IMG/VR virus record: IMGVR_UViG_2799112923_000002
Location: 128,001 to 166,911 of that record
Source of the DNA: a virus
Lineage: Duplodnaviria; Heunggongvirae; Uroviricota; Caudoviricetes
Strand: one strand, 5' to 3'
DNA: 38,911 nt
Part shown: positions 11,371-19,875 of the stretch, one piece after another
Numbering within the stretch: the first letter of the stretch is position 1
How the letters are laid out: every line of letters begins with the position of its first letter
Notes under the pieces: model-generated
Told to the model about the DNA's origin: nothing
Databases searched by the model: none
Seen by the model: only the letters and a program-made list of their open reading frames with translations
Position numbers and translations under genes: made by a program

Positions 11371-11728
11371 GAGTCTTATTTTTAATTAAACATCCAACCA
11401 ATATAAACATTCCTATAAGTAATAAATAAATACATATCATTCATTTTCCTGTAACTGGAATCCCGATATAAAAATCGATTATATTTATAATATTAGCAGT
11501 AAAAATAAAATATAGAGGTAATCTATGTCATATACAGTACCCTAAAGAAAAAGAAAATAATAAAATTATTATAATTGCAAATACAGATTGTCCGAACAAT
11601 GTAGCTAAAAATACAGAATAAATACCAATACAAGATAGAATCAATTCTAGTAAATATCCAAACGCTAAACATCATGGAGCAAATTTTAGAGACAGTAGTA
11701 ATAATTTTTTATTAAATTCTTTTGCCAT
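11333..11728 (-). CDS. Multi-pass membrane protein (131 aa, ~4 TM), missed by the ORF track
   Basis: MAKEFNKKLLLLSLKFAPWCLAFG...LGYCIWHRLPLYFIF...GKWMICIYLLLIG. 3 TGA, basic C-terminal tail. Confidence 0.7.
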
Positions 11729-11927
11729 TTTCTATAACTTTTGCCTTTTGAGTTGGGCTAAATGGCCATACATTTCCAGCTCTGCCTCTTTTATTATTCT
11801 GTTCTTCTTCGTTTGCCTTTGAAATTTTCAAAGGTCTCACAGGTAATTCTTTTTTCGGAAGTTCCTCAAATCGCTTCTTTTTTGGAAATTCTGGACTTTT
11901 TTGACGTATTTTTACAATTTGTGCCAT
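11712..11927 (-). CDS. Small basic protein (71 aa)
   Basis: Intact ORF 27 nt downstream of a promoter. K/R rich. Confidence 0.55.
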   Translation of the reverse strand: MAQIVKIRQKSPEFPKKKRFEELPKKELPVRPLKISKANEEEQNNKRGRAGNVWPFSPTQKAKVIENGKRI

Positions 11928-11953
11928 ATTTACTAACTTTTTAACTTTTGCCG

Positions 11954-11984
11954 CAAATATAATAAAAAAATTTGTAAAAACAAA
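11954..11984 (-). promoter_or_regulatory. Bacteroidota sigmaA-type promoter
   Basis: TTTG (11981-11984), 19-nt spacer, TATATTTG (11954-11961). Context closely resembles the promoter at 10295. Confidence 0.75.
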
Positions 11985-12016
11985 AAAAAGATGGAGAATT
12001 TTTATTCCCCACCTTT
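11982..12016 (-). terminator. Intrinsic terminator closing the six-gene operon
   Basis: Minus strand GGTGGGGAAT-AAAA-ATTCTCCATC hairpin (with G-U pairs) then U8. The peptidase stop codon lies in the loop. Confidence 0.7.
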
Positions 12017-12427
12017 CAATTTTAATCTACAATGAACACATAAAAAATTTTTAGCAATCGGAAACATTGATTGACCTATTTCGCCAGTAAGATATTGATA
12101 TTCTTCTGAAAATGGATCAATTCCGTCATATTCACAAATATGCATTGCCAAATGTCCTTTTTCGTGATCAAAGGTATTTTGAAACTCTGCAGGAGATGAA
12201 GTTAACCCAATAACAATAACAGAACATCTACCTTTCAGATTAGAATATGTTAAACCTGTATTATATTGTTGTTTTACTAAACTCTCCGCAATTTCTTCTA
12301 ATTTCTTTTCTGTGCATCCTATTTCTTCTAATTCACCTAATATATCATCGATATAATAAGTATCAACTGCATAATAAACCGTAACATATCAGTCTCAATC
12401 TTCAAGGTAGAAATTCTGTTTAATCAT
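12002..12427 (-). CDS. HExxH zinc metallopeptidase-like protein (141 aa), missed by the ORF track
   Basis: MIKQNFYLEDWDWYVTVYY...NTGLTYS...NTFDHEKGHLAMHICEYDGIDPFSEEYQYLTG. HEKGH at 12152-12166 plus a downstream Glu. TAATG-coupled. Confidence 0.7.
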
Positions 12428-12837
12428 TATATCATATCCTCTCAAACTATTGGAGTTCCAGATCCAATACAGTCTGCATAAAATCTAGTAAACGGAAGTT
12501 CTGAATAACCATCTTGGTCGTCTACATAGTCTTTGATAAATAATGCCATATGTCGTTCATCTTCAATAGAAGATCCCATATAATCTGCCATACACATATT
12601 TGCCGCAAATACATAGTCATATCCAATCTTATTATCCACTTTTAAACTATATCGTTTTAAGATTTCATCAACTCCGTCCTTAGACATAGGTATAATAAAA
12701 TTCTTTTTTCCATTTACGTCCTTCTTATACATTCTAGAAACTGCTCAATCACACATTTTCTTTGAGAAGTGTCAACCGTAGACACTTAGATATTCCTCCA
12801 TTCCAGAAGGAAACTTATCTCTTGCATCTAGTCTCAT
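12427..12837 (-). CDS. Conserved helical hypothetical protein (136 aa)
   Basis: MRLDARDKFPSGMEEYLSVYGWHFSKKMCDWAVSRM...GTPIVWEDMI. 3 TGA. Extends ORF 12442..12732. Confidence 0.75.
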
Positions 12838-12839
12838 CT

Positions 12840-13028
12840 CTAACGATATCTACCTCTACTATCTCTCATTCTATAAGAACGCATTGATCCGCGTTCTCCT
12901 AACTCTTCCATAGCCGCTTCGTAGCCGTCTTCATAACCGCATTCGTATGCCTCTTCTACGGTTTTTTCTTTACGTCCCATTCTATAATCATGGTCGTAAC
13001 CCTCACGAATTTCCCACATTCTATTCAT
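12840..13028 (-). CDS. Small R/G/Y/E-rich protein (62 aa)
   Basis: Intact ORF. AYECGYEDGYEAAM helix and RDSRGRYR tail. Overlaps the upstream gene. Confidence 0.65.
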   Translation of the reverse strand: MNRMWEIREGYDHDYRMGRKEKTVEEAYECGYEDGYEAAMEELGERGSMRSYRMRDSRGRYR

Positions 13029-13527
13029 GCTTTACTCCTTTAAATTGCTCTATCAGCAAGTTCATAGTCCTTGTCATTTCATCCATCTTTTCACGCATAG
13101 ATGCCATTTCTTGTTGTTGAGCTTGTTTTTCTGCAACTTCTGGATTAAAATCGGATAGGAGTTTATCGTATTGCTCTATAAGAGACTTGTGATAACTAAC
13201 ACTATTTATTACGTCTATACTTTTTTGCTTTGAGCTCACTATTTCAGCGTTCATAGCATCTCTACTATCTGAAATTGTAATACTTTCCCCGTTACTATAC
13301 GAATCAGAAATATCTGCTTGTGCAGGTAAAGAATTATAATTTACATTAGTATCATTAACTTTAACAATTAAATCCACAATCATTTCTTGTGGTTGTCCAA
13401 AATTACTTGGGATTGGATATTTTGGTTTTGGAATAGGTTGATTTACAACATATCCGGTTTCCAATCTCGCATTATCGCCTTTATGAAGGATGTAAATTGG
13501 ACTATTTGGTCTTACTGATTGAAACAT
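13021..13527 (-). CDS. Hypothetical protein, beta domain + C-terminal coiled coil (168 aa)
   Basis: Intact ORF tightly packed in the operon. Confidence 0.75.
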   Translation of the reverse strand: MFQSVRPNSPIYILHKGDNARLETGYVVNQPIPKPKYPIPSNFGQPQEMIVDLIVKVNDTNVNYNSLPAQADISDSYSNGESITISDSRDAMNAEIVSSKQKSIDVINSVSYHKSLIEQYDKLLSDFNPEVAEKQAQQQEMASMREKMDEMTRTMNLLIEQFKGVKHE

Positions 13528-13530
13528 AAA

Positions 13531-13863
13531 TTAAACTAATAATTGTAATACACCGTTTTCTCTATCATAAAATACTAAATGAATTCCTTCTTCTAGTTCT
13601 GCTCCAGTAACAGCTACATTACCAAATGTAGTTACAGCAATTGTTGTTCCAGCTATACTTGGAACATTGAAACTAACTGGTAAAGAAGTGGTTGTAGGAG
13701 TTTGATCAATCTTGATCGCAATTAATCCAGAAAATCTTGGAGAAACTGCTGGAGAAGCATTAAAATTAAATACAACAGATGTTGTATTTTCAGTTATACT
13801 TCTACTTTCAAGACATGGAATTCCATTAATATTCACTCTATTATATACAAAACTCGTAGCCAT
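13531..13863 (-). CDS. Hypothetical all-beta protein (110 aa)
   Basis: Intact ORF with alternating hydrophobic pattern. Confidence 0.7.
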   Translation of the reverse strand: MATSFVYNRVNINGIPCLESRSITENTTSVVFNFNASPAVSPRFSGLIAIKIDQTPTTTSLPVSFNVPSIAGTTIAVTTFGNVAVTGAELEEGIHLVFYDRENGVLQLLV

Positions 13864-13886
13864 AGTATCAAGCCCCTCCTAAGCAA

Positions 13887-14744
13887 TTAAGCCCAGATTG
13901 AACCTGAACCATAGTAAGGATATCCATAATATCCATTTCCATAAAGAGTATAAGCAGGAACAGCGGTAAGTTGAGGATACTGTACAGAAACTGTTGAAGG
14001 TTGTGCAGCTTTAATTTCAGAAACTTCTTTCTGAATTGGAGCAAGCATCGCAGCAACAGCAGCTGTTTGTGCAGCATTGTCAATCTGTCCTTTGAGATTT
14101 GTATTCTGTGCTGTAAGAGAATCAATTTTATTTTGTAATTCACGCTCTTTAAGTGCACAGAACTGATCGTTCATTGCAATTGTTTGAGCATTAATTGCAT
14201 TGATTATATTACCAGCATTTCTATCTGCTTGTGAACCAAGTTGATTGGTTTGTTCGATAGTTTGAATTCTAGATTCATAACCCTGTTGTGTAGTTAAAAG
14301 ACGGTTCTCGCAGCAACATTCCTGAAGTTTAGCAACAATAGATGCATCTCCAGAAAGAATAGCATTCTGAACCTGTAAACCAGTCATTCCAGTTTGAGCA
14401 GCAACATTGGCGATAGCCATACGTGCATCATTAACTGCAGCAGACATTGTATTAAAATCAGAATTGAAAGTTGTGGCTAATTGACGAACATCTGCATCAG
14501 TACCATTGATTGCTTGAAGGATTACATCGGTATTATTATCATTGTTTAACATACCTGCAGCACCATTGCCACCAAAACCTCCAAAGCCACCCCAGCCACC
14601 GCTGAAGCCAGCACCAAGTAAAAATCCAATCAATGCACCACCTCATCCACCAAGGCCCCAACCATTATTTCCATTATTAAGGGCATAAGCTAAAGGAAGA
14701 GAATTACCTTCGTTGCCAAATACATAAGTTTTTTCTTCTGCCAT
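13887..14744 (-). CDS. Gly/aromatic hydrophobic segment + long coiled-coil protein with CCC motif (285 aa)
   Basis: MAEEKTYVFG...GWGLGGWGGALIGFLLGAGFSGGWGGFGG...LQECCCENR...YGYPYYG. One TGA extends ORF 13887..14633 to ATG 14744. Confidence 0.8.
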
Positions 14745-14798
14745 TTTATTTTAATGTTTAAATTTTTATTAATATCTATCATTTGTTGATCAACGATA

Positions 14799-14915
14799 CA
14801 AAGATAGTATATAAACAAGCAGAAGCCTAATGTTGCTAATAAATACTTTTTAATTAGTTAAATTATTGATTTTCAATCATTTATAAAATATAAAAATTAG
14901 TAAGACATTACTAAT
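14799..14915 (-). promoter_or_regulatory. -7 promoter element plus operator-like inverted repeat
   Basis: TATCTTTG at 14799-14806 (TAnnTTTG). ATTAGTAA-GACA-TTACTAAT at 14896-14915. Related half-site TTGCTAAT at 14833-14840. Confidence 0.55.
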
Positions 14916-14920
14916 GATAC

Positions 14921-14952
14921 AAAAAAAGCCCTCTGTTTACACAGAAGGCTTT
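14921..14952 (-). terminator. Intrinsic terminator ending the fibre/adhesin transcript
   Basis: Minus strand AAAGCCTTCTGT-GTAA-ACAGAGGGCTTTTTTT (GNRA loop, U tract). Confidence 0.85.
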
Positions 14953-14999
14953 AATTTTATTATTTACTTACTTTCTTTATTTTGTTCGTTCATATAAAC

Positions 15000-15386
15000 T
15001 TAAACTTCGATTCATCCATAAATACCAGGCTCTCATACATTATTATCAATAGACGATTCCCAATGTTTTTCATTATGTGCAACCTTATCTCCTTTCATAT
15101 AAGCATCAGATGCTCCGATTGGTTGTACCCACTCCGGTCATTCTTCAAGACTTACGACTTTAAATAATGCAGGAGTTTTATCAGGGGTTCAATCCGATTG
15201 AGTTTTATGTGCTTGTATAACTTTATACAAAATACCTAAATATTTATATCTTTGACCTATTGTAACATTTATTCCAATTTTTCAAGATGGAAATAAATTT
15301 ATATTTTCTACTGCTTGTTCATCTGGTTGTAATTCTGCAGCAGATTCTATCCTATGTCTATACGCTAAAGCTTCACTTCTTTTCAT
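15000..15386 (-). CDS. Tandem CBM5/12 (ChiC-type) carbohydrate-binding-like protein (128 aa), missed by the ORF track
   Basis: LFPSW...GQRYKYLGILYKVIQAHKTQSDWTPDKTPALF...WPEWVQPIGASDAYMKGDKVAHNEKHWESSIDNNVWEPGIYGW. 5 TGA and 2 TGG, at the conserved Trp positions. Confidence 0.8.
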
Positions 15387-15387
15387 T

Positions 15388-15672
15388 TTATTCTCCATTA
15401 AGTATTATATCCAGAGCTTGGGTATCAGAGATTTCAGGATCTACATAAGGTTCAGGTTCTGGTCAATCTTCAGGTTTATCTATTTCATCAAAATCTTCTA
15501 GTACGTCTTGATGTGGCGGATCTTGTAGAATACCACCAATATAATAAGAATAGCCAAGTCAAAACTCTTCTCCCATTATTTCATCTGATACTATTCTGCG
15601 AATTACTTTTCCTTCATTCGCAATAAGAACGGTAACATCCGTTATTCCATTATTTCTTATTTCTGTTCTCAT
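15388..15672 (-). CDS. Small acidic fibre-accessory/chaperone-like protein, copy B (94 aa)
   Basis: MRTEIRNNGITDVTVLIANEGKV...LGYSYYIGG...KPEDWPEPEPYVDPEISDTQALDIILNGE. Paralog of 16915..17196. Confidence 0.75.
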
Positions 15673-15674
15673 AA

Positions 15675-16850
15675 TTAAGGTATTGCTTGAATTTTACTTG
15701 CATAATTCGACCACACGGATGCAGATTGATATGCAGAAACACTTGCCGCCGGAACATAGATATTCGTAAGATTACTAAATCCGGCATCTCCACCACCTGA
15801 TATGTCAGGAGGAGTTGTCGCAAGACACGTCATATCTTTCAATAAAGGGCAGTCAGCAAACGCTCATTGCTCTATTCTTGTTACTGTAGATGGAATTGTA
15901 ATTTCTGGTAATGAGGAGCATTCTAAAAAAGCCGCCGCTCCAATTTTGGTTATCCCCTCATGTAAATTAACTTCTGTCAAACCCGTAAATTGAGAAAAGG
16001 TGCCATATCTTGCTGCAGGACTTCCTGTTCTTAATTCAGTTATATGTCCAAGGCTTGTTATCTTATAAATATAAGGATAATTAAATCCCCCGGCCCAACA
16101 ATTGTCATCAAGAAATGTTAAATTAGGCATGTATAATTCATCAAAATGAAGATTAACACAGCCCCTAAATGTCCACTGACGCAAAGCGGTGACATTCTCC
16201 ATATTGATGGTGGTCAAGTTGGTACATCCTCAAAAAGCACACGCCAGATCTATTGGATTATTTGGTAAAACAACTTCTCTTAATTCAGTACAATCTTTGA
16301 ACGTTGCATCATTCCAGGGAGCCGTTCCTTTTAATTCCGTTATAGAACCAAGAGATGCGACCTTTTTGATTTTAGTATTTTCAAATGAACCCCAATCTAT
16401 ATGTGTAAGGTTCGGCATGTATAATTCTCCATACAATCCAGAATTGCTGAATGACCACGTTGAAACAGATGTTACATTTTCCAGATTGATATATTTAAGG
16501 TTCGTACAACCATTAAAAGAATTAGTACCAATATATGCTACCGTTTCTGGTATTAACGCAGCAACAAGTGTCTCATCATTTTGAAATTCCGTATCTCCAA
16601 CTCTTGTATAGTTTGCGCCTACAACTTTTCGACCCCTACTATAAGTTGTAGCTCCATCATTCTCCGTAACAACCCAAGTCTGGATAGCCTGGTTGACTGG
16701 TAGTGGTGTAGGAATAGAATCTATTGTAGATGCAAGATTGGACAGATTCTGATTTGCTGATGCTGGCATTGTCGCACCCTTGTTGTTGCAAGAAGTGTAC
16801 GCCGCCGCGACCTTATTCTGCGCATTTTGTATTGCTGTTGCTATACTCAT
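15675..16850 (-). CDS. BspA-type leucine-rich-repeat (LRR_5) protein, copy 2 (391 aa), putative receptor-binding tip
   Basis: Joins 16230..16850 and 15864..16217 through 2 TGA. Repeats such as IGTNSFNGCTNLKYINL and IGAAAFLECSSLPEITIPSTV. C-cap ATTPP...IYVPAASVSAYQSASVWSNYASKIQAI. Confidence 0.85.
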
Positions 16851-16851
16851 A

Positions 16852-16912
16852 TTATAATGCGTTTATTAAAATTTCAAATATCATACATACATTTCACTTT
16901 ACTTCTTTTCAT
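16852..16912 (-). pseudogene. Chimeric duplication scar (start of CBM gene fused to end of fibre gene)
   Basis: ATGAAAAGAAGT (start of gene 15386) followed by AAATGTATGTATGATATT...TTAATAAACGCATTATAA (a deleted copy of the fibre C-terminus at 18457-18510). Confidence 0.7.
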
Positions 16913-16914
16913 TT

Positions 16915-17196
16915 TTATTCTCCGTTAAGTATAAGTTTCAGTGCTTGTTTATCTGAAAGTTCTGGATCAATATATGGCTCTGGTTCAGGCCAATCTTCTG
17001 GTTTATCAACTTCTTCAAAATCATCCATCGTATCCAAATGTGGAGGATCTTGTCTTACACCATTAATATAATAAGAATATCCAAGATAAATTTCGTCGGA
17101 TAAATTGGTAGTTCCTTTTCTACAAAGAACCTTATCTTTATCTGCAACAAGGACAGATACATCTTTAATGCCATTGTTCCTAATTTCTATATACAT
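16915..17196 (-). CDS. Small acidic fibre-accessory/chaperone-like protein, copy A (93 aa)
   Basis: Intact ORF, paralog of 15388..15672. Confidence 0.75.
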   Translation of the reverse strand: MYIEIRNNGIKDVSVLVADKDKVLCRKGTTNLSDEIYLGYSYYINGVRQDPPHLDTMDDFEEVDKPEDWPEPEPYIDPELSDKQALKLILNGE

Positions 17197-17198
17197 AA

Positions 17199-18455
17199 TT
17201 ATACTGGTATTGTTCCGTCTGGATTTAATTCATACATCTGTGAAGCATAAGTCGTTCAATTTGTTGCATTTTGATATGCTGAAATAATTGAATGATCTGC
17301 CGAATATGGTACATAAAATTTAAATGTTGTATTTGTATCAAAAAACATTCGTTGGCCGGTTTCGGGAGGGACTGTTGCTCTTACTATTACTGTATCTAGA
17401 TTATAACAGTTTTGAAATGCAAATTCTCCTATATATTCGCAGTTAGGGCCAATGTCTACATATTCTAATTCGGAACAACCAAAAAATGGAGCGCCACCAT
17501 ATATAGAACCTTGTATTGTAACAATTGATGGAAGATTTACAGTAGTTAGATTAGTATGCGTTAATGAAAATGTTTCTATCGTTTCAACGCTACTCATATC
17601 AAAATTACCAAGACTATTACATTCTCTAAAAGCATTATTGCGAATAACTGTTACGTTTTCTGTTCCAGTTACTGTTTCAAGACTTGTACAATAAAAAAAA
17701 GAAAAGTTACCTAGTTCTGTACAAGTTAATGGAAGTAACACTGTTTTTAAAGACGAACAGCCACTAAATGTTCCTCCTTCTGTAGTTGATGCACAATATG
17801 TTGTAGTAATTGTAGATTCTGATAAGTCAACACTTATTAAATTTGTACAATTCGAAAACGTAAAATCTCCGCCAAAAGCCGAAATATTAAGTTTTGCACT
17901 TCTAACCCCAGAGTGACGAAATACAGCTCGTGTTATAATTGGAATGCTATCAGGTCAAACGAGATCTATTTTAAGATTTGTACAATTATAAAACGCTAAT
18001 TGATCTACTCTAATAGCGTTACTTAAATCGATATATTCAAGGGATGTACATCCTTCAAACGCTCATTCATGAATTTGTTCTACATTTTCTAGATTCGTGT
18101 ATTTTAAATTCGTACAACCTTGGAAGGCGTGAGAACTAATTACATTTACTGTATCTGGAAGAAGAGCTTTTACTAATGTAGTATCGTTTTCATATTTTCT
18201 ACTTGGGAGTACAGTCATTATACCAACATATTCTTCTCCACGTGTATAAGTTACTACACCATCCTCTTCATTTCTATTTACTGTTTGAATAGTCTGATTA
18301 AATGGAATATCAGTTACAATTGTATCAATAGTTGGAGCCAAATTAGTTAAGTTTTGACTTCCTGCAGCAGGCATTGTTGCATCCTTGTTATTACAAGAAG
18401 TATATGCTGCTGCAATTTTTGTTCTTGCATTTTGTATTGCAGTTGTTATACTCAT
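17199..18455 (-). CDS. BspA-type LRR protein, copy 1 (418 aa), putative receptor-binding tip
   Basis: MSITTAIQNA... open through 3 TGA, joining 18063..18467 and 17256..17741. AFxGCTxL repeats. C-cap ATVPP...FYVP...AYQNATNWTTYASQ. Confidence 0.85.
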
Positions 18456-18456
18456 A

Positions 18457-19833
18457 TTACAATGCATTTATTAAAGTTTCAATATCTCCTATAATATCAT
18501 ACATACATTTTGCGCTAGGATATTGTGTATCTGTTGAAGACGATGATATTGAGGTAACTTTATTTGCCAAAACCTCTCGATCATCTAGAGAATCTTGGAC
18601 AGAATCACCATTATCATCTTGTATTCAACCAAATCCAACGCTTCCATCACCACGTACATTACCAGTAGAACGTACCATTATACCACCAGTTACTTCAACT
18701 TCTTTAACAAATTTTTTGAATCCATCTATAGTTTCATTTCCAGTTGTATGTACTACTCCAGAATTATCCGCCTTTGCACTAATAGCTGTATAAACACATT
18801 TTGCAGATGGATACTGAGTATGTGTATTAGATGATGATAAAGATGTAACTTTATTTGATGTAAACTCCATTCCACTTGGAGCATCTATAAGATCAGAATA
18901 CGTACCAGTTTTTGCAATTTTATGTAAAATAACCGTTCCACCAAGAGATTCTGATGCACTTACAGGTAATGCAGCAGAACTTGTTGTATTTAGTATTCCA
19001 GAACTTACAATTGCTATATTTCCACTGCCAAGTAAAGATTTATTATTTATCGTTTTTATATTTACACCAGATACAAGTTTATCTTGTTTATTTATATCTT
19101 GTGGATGTACGTGATCAGCTTTAGCATAATTTGGAGATGATCCAATATTAGCTATACCATCCATAACAGGATTTGTTACAGCTGCAGATGGAATATCAGG
19201 TTTATCTTTTAGATCTGTATACGATCCTGTTATTGCTACATTAGCAAAAGTTGGTTTATCTTTTAAATCGGTATATGATCCTGTTTTCGCTACATCTGAG
19301 AGTTCCGACATAAGATTACCAATATCTGCAACACTATCGGTTACCGCTGCTGATTGACCATTATAAACAACTTCGGTTAGTGTACCCTTATTTTTAGTAA
19401 ATCCTCAACCAGCAATAGTAGATTCTGTTGGAACCACTGGTGTTCCAATTAAATCAGAATACATTCCTGTTTTAGCAATTCTATGTAATTTGATTGAATT
19501 AGATAATGGTTCTGAGGAACTAACCCGTTGAGTAGTAGAATTGTTTGTATCTAATGTACCAGGTGCGTTCGGAATATCAACTGTAATTCTTGCCATACCA
19601 TCTACAATAGGTACTTCTTCATTGTTAAAAACTACTCCAGATAAAGTTCCGGCATTGCTTCAATATGTATTTTTACCATCGCTGGTTAATACTTGACCTT
19701 TTTCACCTTGCGTAAATATAGAAGAATCTGGTTCGGTACGAGTTTTTATAGTATCTATTCGTAATGTATCTGCAAAAATAGTATCGGTTACTCTTAAATT
19801 ACCACATACTAAAGAATTTTTTAATTGTGCCAT
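18457..19833 (-). CDS. Tail fibre-like protein (458 aa)
   Basis: MAQLKNSLVCGNLRV... open through 3 TGA. VAKTGSYTDLKDKP repeats, YAKADHVHP, KQDKLVSGVNIKTIN and VVHTTGNETIDG fibre motifs. Ends DIETLINAL. Confidence 0.8.
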
Positions 19834-19875
19834 ATTTAAAGATTTTAAATTACCAATTTATTGTTACAGAGTTAA

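Noticed and set aside
14745-14999. tRNA or ncRNA (e.g. suppressor tRNA) in the largest intergenic gap, and a 9-aa ORF near 14993
   Set aside because: No cloverleaf or T-loop consensus is visible. The region is explained by a terminator plus promoter, and the mini-ORF has no support.
15388-18510. Invertible shufflon for tail-tip switching
   Set aside because: All cassettes are co-oriented, with no flanking inverted repeats or recombinase in the window.
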